From contig ML992511.1 in NCBI GenBank assembly GCA_010093995.1, positions 850,155 to 914,154 of the forward strand: a stretch of DNA of 64,000 nucleotides, given 5' to 3'. Shown piece by piece: positions 51,088 to 62,857 of this stretch (its first letter is position 1; every line of letters starts with the position of its first letter). The notes beneath the pieces are model-generated. The model was given only the letters and a program-made list of their open reading frames with translations. It was not told where the DNA came from and ran no database searches. The stretch comes from Elsinoe ampelina (taxonomy: Eukaryota). A program made the position numbers and the translations under genes.

Positions 51088-53056
51088 TCATGCCCCAGCA
51101 GCAATAGCCCCCCCATAAACCCCCACGCCCACCAGCCCCATCCCAAGCGCCACCCACCCCTCCCCTCCCCCCACCCACCCGACCCTCAGCACAACCCACC
51201 TAGCAAGCGCCCCCAGCACCATCCCCACCCACACGCCCACCAACACCAACGGGCCCCCCTGCCTGACCAACCACCCCCACCTCCGCCCCCTCTCCCTCTC
51301 ACTCCGACTCCGCCCCGTAGTCCCCCACGTATTCTCAAACATACTCAACCCAGCCCAAACCTGAAACGCAGCCTGCGGGACCTGAAACAGGAGCATACTG
51401 CAGGCATGAAGCGGCACATGCCTCCACCCCTGGCCGATGCGGGTCGACGAGTACAGACTGGCCACCAGCAACCGGGCGACGATATCGGGCAGAGAAGAGA
51501 AGGCGGAGCTTTCGCCCGTGGAGAGATAGCGGACGACGATGAGGATGTTGAGGAGCGGGACGTAGAACCGGCGGAAGGTGGCGAGGCAGAGTAAGGGGTG
51601 GTGCAGCAGGAAGATGCGCGGGTAGCAGGTTCCTTCGACGAAGGAGGCGCGGGCCCAGCGGGTTTGTTGGATGATGTATTTCGGGAGCGAGGTGGGGGTG
51701 TCGGTCGCGGTGAGGGTGAGGGGGTGGGAGGTTACGGAGTGGTTGGAGAGGAGGAGGCGGGTGGTGAGGTGGCGGTCGTCGTTGACTAGCTTTTTGAGAG
51801 AGGTCAGTGTGGGTGAGAGAGGGGGGGGTGTGGAGAGGGGATAGGTGAGGGCGGAAGAGGGAGGGGAGGAGGGACTGGAACAGGGAATGAAGGGACGTAC
51901 AGGTCTGAACCCGAAAATCGACTGCCCGTACCACTTCACCACTGCCTCTTCCAAGGCCTTCCGCCGGAACAACGCACAAGGACCGGGCTGACAATCGGTC
52001 GTATCGCACGCGCTCAACAGGCCAATCTGGAGCGCAAAGTCCGCTTCATACGTAGCAGCCGCAAGATGAGCGATCATGCTCTCGTCCCTATTGTGGATGC
52101 TGAACCTCGTAGCGGTGCCACCTATGCGTTCGTCGCAGTAGATCGACTTGATGGCTGTGGAGAGTGTGTCGGGGTATACCCAGCTGTCTGAGTCCGTAGA
52201 CCAGAGGAAGGAAATGTCGTTTGCTTGAGCGATGGCGATGGAGAAGACGAAGGTAGTGAACATGATTTCCTTTTTGGAGTGGTGGGGTTGGGTGATGCAG
52301 ATGGGGCGGACCGGGGAAGCGGGGGAGGTGTAGAGGGCGGAGTGGGCTTGAAGGATGGCGGTGGCGTGGGAAACGAGGGCGGGGAGGATGTCCTCTTGGT
52401 TGGTGGCGGGGGCCGGAGGGGCTGCCTTTTCGGAGATCGGTCCGAGCATGGGGGAGTCTTGAGGTGAGGGTGTGGAGGAGCTTATCTGTGCTGCTAATGC
52501 TCCAAAAGTCTCGCCGAGCTCGATGATGGTTAGCTCGCTGCCGAATACCTGATTGGAGTCAGCAAGTAGCCAGGTGAGGCCTGTTGCAGGGGGATCCAAC
52601 CTCTTTTGCAACTTCAACCATGACGTAGTCCTCGTTTTCATTGCCATCGATACCCATGCAGACTGCTCGAACGACGCCATCGTAGTTGTCGCGATAGCTC
52701 TCGAGGCACTTGCGCCAGATTTCTTCGTCTTCTCGGTAGCCGACCACACTCGTGACACAATCGAGCTGAGTGTTGCTCTGGCCCTGCTCCAGCTTCTCGT
52801 TGTTCAGTACAGAGTCGTTCAAAGCCTCATCTGCTTGTCGTTCTCTCTTCTTGAGCTTGAAGATGTTCAGCTCTGAGCAAGCTATTTGCACCAAAGCCTC
52901 TGCGAAGAGCGGGAAGCCCCATGTAGCACTGCTCCAGTAGTCGACAAGAAGATACACAAGAGTGATGTTGAGTGCAGCCCTTGCTAGCAGTACAAGACAC
53001 GCCACAACCGTCGACCGCAGCTGAGATAGAGACGAAGTAGTAAAGGATGCAATCAT
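51088..53056 (-). CDS. processive GT2 glycosyltransferase, hyaluronan synthase/NodC-like
   Basis: Exons 53056-52601, 52548-51901 and 51789-51088 (introns 52 nt and an in-frame 111 nt, both with CTGAC branch sites); motifs SVVGYRED, GIDGN, QPHHSKKEIMF, DSDS, CQPGPCALFR, DDRHLT, QQTRW; N- and C-terminal TM segments. An extra upstream exon is possible. Confidence 0.87.
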
Positions 53057-54676
53057 GATGACTCTCGAAATAAGCGCTAGGATGAGTGGTATGCTCTAGA
53101 AAACGCCTCCGGAGACGAGCTATTTCAACAGTGTTCACTCACCGTGCAGATACTTCTCTGTGAGAACTTATCAAGGATGACACGACCGGGCATCGTTCGA
53201 TACGCTATCCGAACGGAAACATTGGCATTCTCATGTGCAGTAGCAAGTCATTGACAGGGATGAGGCTAGCCTGATGGATGCAAGTCTGAGGCACTTGTGA
53301 TCGAGGCTAGTCGGAAGAGGCGTCTGGAAGGTGGAATTGCGCTCGTGGAGTTTGCCTGTAGCGCTCCCCGAACGGTGTGCGAGTTTCGGATACTCAACAT
53401 GTCATCAATCTCGGATGCAAGAGAGTGTTGTTCCAGGTCTGCACGGACTGTGTTCATAAAAGTGCCGTGGAAGTGTTGCTGCTGTTCGGCACCCATATTC
53501 TGCCAAGAGGAGGCAGGGAGCCGAGTAGAAGACCAAGTAAGACCGATGGAAGCATCTTGACCTGCTGAGCAAACGAGGTTGTCGGTGAAGCCGGCGGGAC
53601 TGTTTGTAGCCCTGAGAGGACTAATGCTCTGTCCACGTACGGCATGTGGACCGATAGGATCAACAGATCGCTTGAGCTGTACGGAAAAGTCGCAAGTTCA
53701 GATCCGAGTCAGATCTACGGTCTTATCGGGCTTCGAGATCCACCGGATGTTTGCAGGAAAGGAAATTGAGCGACAGCGGGGGTAGATCAGGAGTCCAGTA
53801 CAGCATCGGGTCGTCGGAGATGATTAGTGTTCATGATGGGCTCTTGACTCTAGCTTGTGTAGTTCCGTGACCAGCTCTCCAAGGTTACTGTAGGGCATGG
53901 TATGGTATAGCCATGAACAATCTTTCCAGCCAAAGCATCACAGACCTGTGGACTGAAGTGTATGGCATCTCGTGGCCTTACTGCGCCAGATTCTTGACCG
54001 ATACAAGTCACTGCTTGTCAATACTCGGAACATTGCTTGTTTGGGAAGTGAAGGAAACTGGCAGTGAGAAGATGAAAGGTGAGGTGAGGACCTCAGGACC
54101 AACCCAGGTCGTGCCAAGACGTCACAGATCTAGGTTTGCGAGCCGGAGCTTGAATTAACCGGCTTGGCGAATCCTGGGCTTCATCTGGATATTATTATTC
54201 TTAAAGAGATACGCCATTGGTCTACGAGTCCCGAGAAGGATCCCTAAAAGCTTCCTCGTGCAACATACATCTCCGAAACGTATCCCATGAAATAAGAAGC
54301 ATAGCTCTAGAAGTCGAGGACGAGTCAAGATGGTATTTCACCGCAGCATTGCATTGACCATGTCCAATGGTCTGGATGTACTTCGAAGAAATAGGACATG
54401 AAAGTCTCCCGACTCGCTGCAGGTCATATGGAGATTTGATTGTCCATCGGTTATGAATCGGCTTTGTTTACATTTGCCTAACCCCTGATACCGAAGTCCC
54501 GGTAGTGAGATCTGTTCGGGGATCCCTTGGGCCTCATCAAACGCATCCGTACAACACGGACCTTTGCCAGGAACCCCTGAGCGAAATATGGCCCCTTCTT
54601 TGCACTTCTCTCGCCGGACCAGCCAGCGTGTTCCTCCGCGTTACATTCATAAAGTCATTACCGAGCGGTATTCACA

Positions 54677-57584
54677 TCAACGCTTGAAGAAATCTTTGAA
54701 CCCGCGCCTGTCATTTCCGGACGAAGCCGAGGCTTCAAGGTGCACGCTTCGATCGTACAGAGCCTGGAAGTGTCAGCATGGTCGGAAAGCCTCGGGTATG
54801 TTTCACTTACATCGTCGTCCCTGATAATCTTGGTCTGCAGCACCATCCTCTGCACTTCGTCGTTCTTCGGACCGAGGAGTGCACTTCGGTAAGGCAGTCC
54901 TTGGGCTCGTTGGAGACTGACAAGGACATCGCCCATCACCTCGAACTTGTTCCAGTTGATCCGTCCATGCGAGTCGTCTCCCATGAATGTCTTGTTGCCC
55001 GTTTCTGCACCGACCAGATCTCTGATGGGCAGTGGCAAATACGGGATGCGCTCGCCATTCGAATTCTCCCAGGCCAATCGGTACGAGGAAAAAGAGCGAC
55101 TTTGAGACATGAGAATCTCCAGCTTCATCCAATCCTTCATGACCTCGGGTGAGACCATATCTTTGGTCTGCACAAGACGGTAGACTGGCGTGCTTTTGAT
55201 CCCAGCCAGGACTGCGCCAAGAGAGTTGTAGTTGTTGAGCTCCCGCAGCTTTCGAGCGACCTGCATGAACTTCTCCAGCATCAATGCACGGTGCTTTGGT
55301 TTGTCTCGGTACAACACGAAGTTGATGACCCAGTCACGCACATAGTTGAAGTGGTCGATCATGCGGCTGACGTTTGCTAAAGACTTGCATCTCGCCTTTT
55401 GCGCTTGCGAGAGTGAAACATGTCGAACCAGGTCGCGAGGTCGGATTGAGCTGAACATGATCCAATCCATACGGGTCATCTCTTTGGCAATAGATTCGTG
55501 AGGAATAGCCATAAGATGTCTCCAGAGCTGCTTGGTGAGTGGCGTCTTTGGGTTGGGTACAAGCTTGCTCGCTTCTCGTTGTGCGACATCTTCAAAGCAG
55601 AGATTGACTCGTCGACCAGACGAGCTTACGCTGCCACTGTCGCTAGGTGCATTCGATGCCTTTCTTTGCCCGCCGCTACTGTGGAGAGACAAGCTGCCCA
55701 TGTCGTCGGGAAACTCGAATTGAGGATCATCGATGAGCAAGCTGCCACGATACGAGTATTCGACACTCGGCTTGGCCACCTCGAGGGCTGTGCGCTCCTT
55801 GTCACAGCATGCCCACTCCGTATCGTCATCTTCGGCGACGAATTCAAGATGGTTGTTCATCTCCTGTGCCGCTGCAGCGAAAATCCTATTTCGTTGAAGC
55901 TTGGCTATAAAGGTTTTGATCCGGCGGAGAGTCTTTGGGTGTGCAAAATCTCCTGGGTACCGATGAATCCATTGCTCGATGACGGTCAAATACCGAAGCT
56001 GGGCCACGGTCCTGGTGAGTAAGACTGGTTCAGTGTGCTCTATACTTTCAAATCGGACTACTATGCCCTCAAGCAGTTGTCCAGGTGGTGAGAATTTTCG
56101 ATAGAGAGCAAGGAACACTGCGGCGAATTTACTGTCGGCCTTTGATGTCGGTACTGCCAGCAGTCTGTTCACAAGTGAGTCGAAAGTCCAGCCCATCTCC
56201 TCTTGTGGTGTCTGCGGCGTGCCGATGGATTGATCAATCTCGGCTTCTGAGGCGTCCGTCTCGTGGGCGGACACAGATGTGTGAGATGCAGAGTCCTCAG
56301 TGTGTGACTCGTCCATGAGAAACGATGAGGATAAGTCTTCTCGTCGCGATGATACAGATGTGCTCTTTGATGCCGAGCTCGATCCATTACGACTCAATTC
56401 TGCATGCGGTGACGAGTACTCATTCCGACGATAGCCCGGGATCTCCGATGTCGATCTCGAATGTCCCGGAGGAGGAGGCCGACGGTTGTTCACGGGACCT
56501 GGTAGTTGTGGAAGGGTGCGACGGCGTGGACCTGCACCGTCGAGGTTGTCTGCAGGACACATCCATGTCAGTATCAATGGAATTGACATGGTAACATGAA
56601 TTTATATGCTGCTGTCCGCAAACAATAAAACACAAGAATGGCAAGAGATGGAGAAAGGGGGAAGAGGACGAACCTTGCGACTGATTCACGACGTGCTTCA
56701 AAACAGCAGAAATAGCCCGCCGAAAAGGCTCGTTGTATGCTTCGGATGTCTGCAGGGTAGTGATCCTGTCAAACGCTGAAGTAGCCCGTTGCTCGATGGT
56801 CCGCGGCTCGAGCTGTCTCGCTGAGTCGCGAATATCGCATTTACATGCGGCCAAGATGGAAGTCATGCCCATCATGTTGACACAGTCTGTGTAATCCCTG
56901 TCAGTCTTTCCGCTTTTGTCGACAAACGCCGATCTTGTGTAACCCACTCAGTACTTCTGGCACAAGCTTGAAGCTCGATTTGTTACCGACGTCGTACAAG
57001 GTCATCACGCCGTGGATGGTGGTGTGCTTCAGGCGGTCCGGCCAGGATAATGCGTCGTTCTCACCCTGGTAACAGTCGCTAATGTTCATCTCGAACATGC
57101 GGACCATGCATAGATTTCCCGCGATCGTCAAGATCCGACAAGGTGGATCTATCACGTCCTTTGCATCCAGATCCAAAGTCCGATGGATGAATGTGGTCTT
57201 GCCCACTGACTCGTTTCCCAGTACCACCACATTTACATCGTATGTAACCTCACTATCCAAAGCTCTTAATCCATGTGATCCATACGATATCAGATTAGAT
57301 CGTGAGTTTCTTGAGCTCCGCCGCCGCGGACTTCTCAGAGGTCGGTCGTAAAGGTCATGCTGTACCTCGTCCCTTCCTTCTCGCAGCTCTTCTCTTTGCA
57401 GGCTTGTCAAGTTGAGTTCCGAAATGGTCCGCGTAGTCGTCCGTGATGCCAGTGCATCTTGTGACTTTATGCTGCCTCTTCTCTCTTCTGAATTTTGCTT
57501 GCTCTTCAGACTACCGCGCCTATCGCTGCGCGACGAAATACCCACATTCGATGACCGTCTGGATTCGCGCACCTGTGACGGCAT
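54677..57584 (-). CDS. Ras guanine-nucleotide exchange factor (REM plus CDC25 domain) with N-terminal small-GTPase-like P-loop domain
   Basis: VVVLGNESVGKTTFI and CKCD (G1/G4-like); REM region FLALYRKF..WIHRYPGDF; CDC25 motifs LRELNNYNSLGAVLAG and IPYLP; about four exons, last intron 54764-54810, stop at 54677. Confidence 0.9.
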
Positions 57585-59245
57585 GGTGCAGTTGTGAAAG
57601 TTCCGGCCGCAAGAAAGTCAACCTATAGCGTGTATATTCGAGTCCTGATCTGCTCGTGACATGTCGGCTATGCAGGTCGGATGTGCAATGTGCCCCTCTC
57701 TGAATGTCTACAGTATCGATCTTTGACTCCCCTTTGCGCGACGATTTGGAATGGTGGTAATGCGCAGCCTGCTCGTGAATGTAGATCAATCAGGTCGTGG
57801 ATAAATCGCGAGACACCAAGGCTCTATGCGTATGCCTATGCGAGACAATCGAGCCTTCGAGATGTGGTTCCGCACGTTTGGCCCAGCTTCCTCTGCGCAA
57901 AGCCACCCGTTGGCTCAACTGTCCAAAGAACACACGAATGACGAACGAAGAAGCGACCGGCGTCTTTCTTCCTTCCAACAGGGGATCCCGACTATGCGCA
58001 ACGGGGTGAATCCGAGGCACTTAAGCTTAAAACGAGATGGTTGCCGGGAATGAAGCTGTACAGAACGCACATTCGCACTCCTCATGCATGTCGTCGATTA
58101 AGGGTCTCTCTGTTGCTCGGAAGGATTAGACCCGGTCTGGACTAGCAAGAAACTCGGGTTCAGCGGGGTTCTTGGAGAGCTTTTGCCAGCGGAAAGGCAC
58201 ACCCGAAGTCGGAGAGACCAATGGCAGATGCCACGGAGAAGATCCGTGTCTGTGCAGTTGTAGCTCTTTGCTGCATTGGGAGCAAAGAACCCACCGGCCA
58301 CGCTTGTCTCCACGTGGAGAGAGGCACGTTGGGACCATCGTCTTCAGATGAGAACGCTCTGCTGCCCGGCATTTCCAAATCTCGGGCAACGGCTTATGAC
58401 GAACCATGTGCTTGCTGTTACGGTCGTATGGGCACCGGTGGGAACGCTTCGGTTATACAGTGAAAGTATCCGAAAACCGTAACAGCTGCACGTGTTTGAC
58501 ATGGTTTTTCCGACAGTACTTGCCTTGTCCGAAGCAGGTCCGAAGCAGTTGAAGAGTTTCGTGGTCGCTCTAGCAGGAAGTGTCTCACCTCAGGTACAGG
58601 TAGAATACACATCTGTGTATGCACAAATATAGCGATTGTACAGTGCCGCAGCATGACGTGAGTCGTATATACAAGCCATAGCTTCACAGAACCAGCCGCA
58701 ATTGCGACTGCAGCATTCTGGAACGGACGTCAATTTGCAGATGTGCTTGCAGCTTTGCAGGAGACGCAAGTAAGCTCTGCAACGCGCCATGTGTAACATT
58801 CCTATCGAACGTATAAAGCACAGAAATGTGTCGACAACTCTAATGGCGACCAGAAATGACGTGACAGCATACCGACTCTACTTCTCTGCCTAAATTAACA
58901 TTGTCAGATACACCATCGATCTTGCGTATGTTTACCAAATACAACCCTTTTGTAGCTTGTCCAGTTTAGAGTTCAGATGACCCTCCGATCTCTGACGATG
59001 CACGATGAGGTCCAAATTGACGTCAGGAGTATGTCAACCACCGATGACATGACCCCCTTCTTCTTTTCTCGACATGCACGACATCGAGGTTGCTGTCATG
59101 CAACCACGCCGTGCATCTTCGACATTGCTACTGTACCTGCGTCCTCATCAGGCTGAACACTGATAGTAAGCATACCGTACCGAGGCCATAGTTGTTCTCC
59201 CAACTTGTATCTTCTTGTTGGCGCCGTCAGGCCCTCATCATTGAT

Positions 59246-60129
59246 ATGGCACCTTCAGGTCTGGCCATTTTGCTTGGTGCAGGCCCCACCACGGTAAGGC
59301 ATTTCTCTTATCTGCTTGTATTTACGTTACCCCCCCAAACCTATTCGACCATGTCAGCGACGACGTCAGATCGATCCGGTGATACATCTCCCATGACTGA
59401 CCTGACTCGTCCTAGGGCGCAGGCATCGCCAGAATCCTCGCCCACCCCAAACATGGCAGCATGGCCGTCGCCCTGCTCGCTCGCCGACAGGAATCCCTCA
59501 ACGAGATCGCATCCTCGATCAAGTCCCAAATACCCGAAGCCACCATCGAGACGTTCCCGACCGACACGTCCCCCGACTCCCTGAAATCCGCCTTCCAATC
59601 GATCAAATCGCACGAATCCTTCGCCAACCTCAAGCTCGACGTCGCAATCTACAGCATCAAGCACTCGTCCAAAAAACCTTTCCTAGAAGAGACCTACCAA
59701 GACTTCACCACTTCCATCGAGACCTACGTCGGCGGCGCCTTCGCTTTCAGCCAAGAAGCCCTGCGCCGCTTCTTCGCCGACCACGGCGAGTCAGGCCTCG
59801 CTGACGGCGCACCGAAGAAGGGAACGCTGATCTTCAACGGTACGTTGGGCGCCCTCCGGTGTAATGCCGAGTTCGCGGCGTATGGCGCGGGTCGTGCCAG
59901 TGTGCGGCAATTAGCGCAGACGCTGGCGAGGGAGATGAGTGCCAAGGGGGTGCATGTGGTGCATGCCATCGCGAATGGGTCGATCAGGGATGAGAACGGT
60001 CCAGATCAGAAGTCGGGGAAGAAAATGTCGGCTGAAGCGGTGGGTAAGACGTATTTGTGGTTGCATCAGCAGGGGCCGGAGTTGTGGACGCATGAGTTGG
60101 ATCTGAGGCCGGCGCAGGAAAAGTTTTGA
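59246..60129 (+). CDS. short-chain dehydrogenase/reductase (NAD(P)-binding Rossmann fold)
   Basis: Exon 1 59246-59293 (MAPSGLAILLGAGPTT), intron 59294-59415, exon 2 GAGIAR..VALLARR..GTLIFNG..AAYGAGR..GVHVVH..WTHELDLRP. Confidence 0.9.
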
Positions 60130-60406
60130 TCATTGTAAATCTGAGGTCTTTCGTCATGTGAGATCTGCTGTCTGCGATCTCTGGGCTTCCATGGCATTGT
60201 GGTGGGTGAATTTTCCGTTATCTTCTCGTCCCAGCTGTGGTGTATGCCCTGCAAAACAATACCTTGGGTTTTCGAGACGAAAGAGTTCGAATCCGGTGGA
60301 CCGAGTTCTCATCTCCTCATTGCTCATAAAGGTCCTCCGGCTTCATAGCGACAGATGGTCACCCGCTCGGCCTTGCGGCTGCACGGACTCGCTTGAGAGC
60401 GGGTAT

Positions 60407-60536
60407 TAGGGATTCTTATCGCTGGTACCAGGAGGAAGGGGTTAGGGACTCTCGTCGCTGATGTGGCAGAGTGGTCAAGGAGTCGTGAACTTGGAGGGGC
60501 CGAATATATCTCGGAGTCTCCTCGGAGATGTGGCAG
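60407..60536 (-). repeat. second, inverted cluster of the 27-bp core repeat
   Basis: Consensus-like copy at 60443-60469 (revcomp CTGCCACATCAGCGACGAGAGTCCCTA); degenerate copies at ~60407 and ~60513. Confidence 0.8.
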
Positions 60537-61531
60537 TGCAGGTGCAGATGACGCGGAGCCACTGATCTTTGCCCGTGGTGTAACTTGCAGGTGAGGAATA
60601 AAGCACATGACTTTACCTCTTTTGCGGGAGCGGCATGTGCATTGGCTGCTCGCGGAACTTGCGCATGCAGGACGGAGGGCAAGGATTGATGTCTCAGATG
60701 TGTATGATGAGTGGTGTTCTGGAGAGGATCCGGGCATGGTGCACGAACGATCATCGACATGCATGACACTCTGCTGCCAATCGTCTTCTGAGCCATGGAG
60801 AGAGGTCATAATTGGCCCAGTGATGGTCCACCTTCTCGTCTCTGTGTGGCATAACCTTGGGGGGAGGACACATGCTCTAGTGAGTGGCACCTGCAAGATG
60901 CACGATGTGATAGGATGTGACGATGGCATCACCCATGCATATGGCTGCCTTGAGATTCCCGCTTGCATCAGACAGTACTTGCCTGACAGCCTGGCTGAAT
61001 GACGGTATGGGAATGATTGGCTCCTGATACTCCATGGCTCGTTCAGCTGTGGCGCGACAAGATCAACCACGCCGCATTCATGCCTGAGAAACGCGCGTGC
61101 CGCCAATTCTGCTGGACGCTAAATGGACACGATTCAGTTTGACAGGCATTACAGCCGATCCGTGTATCCGTTGTACCAATGAGGCATTTGTGAGGTGTGA
61201 GTGGATATGCAGGTAGCGTAGGAGCCGCGCTAGGCGCAGACATCCGCCTCTATACCGGATTTTGAGACTGCACTCGATGGTATTCCCGCTCAATGATCTT
61301 CTTTCGCTACTCTTTGCCTGTGAATGAAGGCCAATGACTCATCTACATTGACACTACTGTCGTGGTGCTTACAGCGCGGCTCGATCGATTGGGTCCGACA
61401 CAGTGACAGGTTGAGTGAGGGGAGATTTCATTGCCACGATTCGCTCTAGCTGCGCCTGACTGCTTTGATTGTGCCCTCCACATTGGTCGGCCCCTCTGAA
61501 CCCGTCCTTCCTACTGCTACCATGACGTCCG

Positions 61532-61763
61532 TCAACGATTCCTCAAGCGGCGCACCTGCTCTTCCGCCTTGCTCTTTTGTTCATTCGACAAGAATTGCTG
61601 AGGATCGTGAGCATACTATAGACAAGAAATGAAGGGATTCTCTGACCTGGCACATGCCACACACAATTCCATGTCCTCGGACTGTAGTATGGTCGATGTG
61701 CTGGACGACCCCAAAGTACTTGCAGGCCCAGATATAGCCGCCTCCGGATCCAGGTTGACCCAT
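61532..61763 (-). CDS. small hypothetical protein (60 aa, Cys/His-containing), two exons
   Basis: Exon 1 61763-61647, intron 61646-61598 (GTCAGA..GCTCAC..CAG), exon 2 61597-61532; MGQPGSGGGYIWACKYFGVVQHIDHTTVRGHGIVCGMCQQFLSNEQKSKAEEQVRRLRNR*; TATAAA ~135 bp upstream and a C/A-rich leader. Confidence 0.55.
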
Positions 61764-62857
61764 GATACTGTCGTGTGATCTGACGTGAAGCGCTTGAGCG
61801 AAATGATCTTGCGAAGATATTGTCGAGTGTGTTTGACTTCTGTTGCTGCTTCAGGTCTGACCTGTTTCTCAGAGAGGCCTCGAGGCACATGCTCTTTATA
61901 GCGTCCAAACACCCTTATGGCGGCAGAGAGACGGCTCGGGTGGCCTCATGCTGTCAGAAGTCTGGTGGAGCTTTTCAATAGTCTGGAGGGGATGGAGGGT
62001 GAGTGATTGCTCCTGCTGGTGGAAATTGAGGTCTTCATGGTCGGAAGAGGTTGTACGCTGGGGCTACCGCGCTCAGCTCGTGTAATGGGGCCAATCCAGA
62101 GACGCAGAGAGCGATGAGTGAGTCGCGTTTGCCGCGGTCGGCATCATGTCTCGCGGGATGTGCACTACTGCGCCACCACGCCGCATGAGTGACTGGTCAG
62201 GTGAATCGCCGTGCCGTTGCATGGATACTGTCTCCAGGCAAAATACTGTGCCCCATAGTCACTCGATCGCCCGGGGGGTCAATCAGGGCAGACTGCTCGT
62301 CTGCTGTGGTGAAGTAGGTACACAATGGTGGAGAGGATGTTTCCCGGTACATGCAAGAGGATAGTGTCGAAAGGACAAAGGAGGACAAGGGATCAAATAC
62401 CTCCTGCTTGATTGAAAGCTGCTCCATCGCGTCTCGTTACTCACTTGCCTGTCATTGTATCCGGTGCAGTCGATACTCTTTCGTGCGGCCAGACTTCCAG
62501 AAGAGCTGAGCAATCGTTGTGCTCTTCACACAACGGTGTTAATTTCTGGGCGACACAGTCGTTCTTGACGATTGATCTCATAAAGTGAACCCAAGAATGA
62601 AGACGCAAGGTCTCAAGCTGCATCTTTCGGCACCATAGAATGTACTATAATGACGGTAGGGAAGTGTTCATGGACCAGCACTCAATGCGGACACGTGACT
62701 TTGTGCTTTTCTGGAGCGAAACCAATCTGCGGCTCTCGATGCCCACAATGTAACGTGCGCCATGGGGCTTTGCAGGGCTCCCCCCTTTGCAGGCCCACTG
62801 TGGCGAGCTCGCTTGTTTTACTCGATATAGACACGGGCCGCGTCATGCCGAGAAGCG

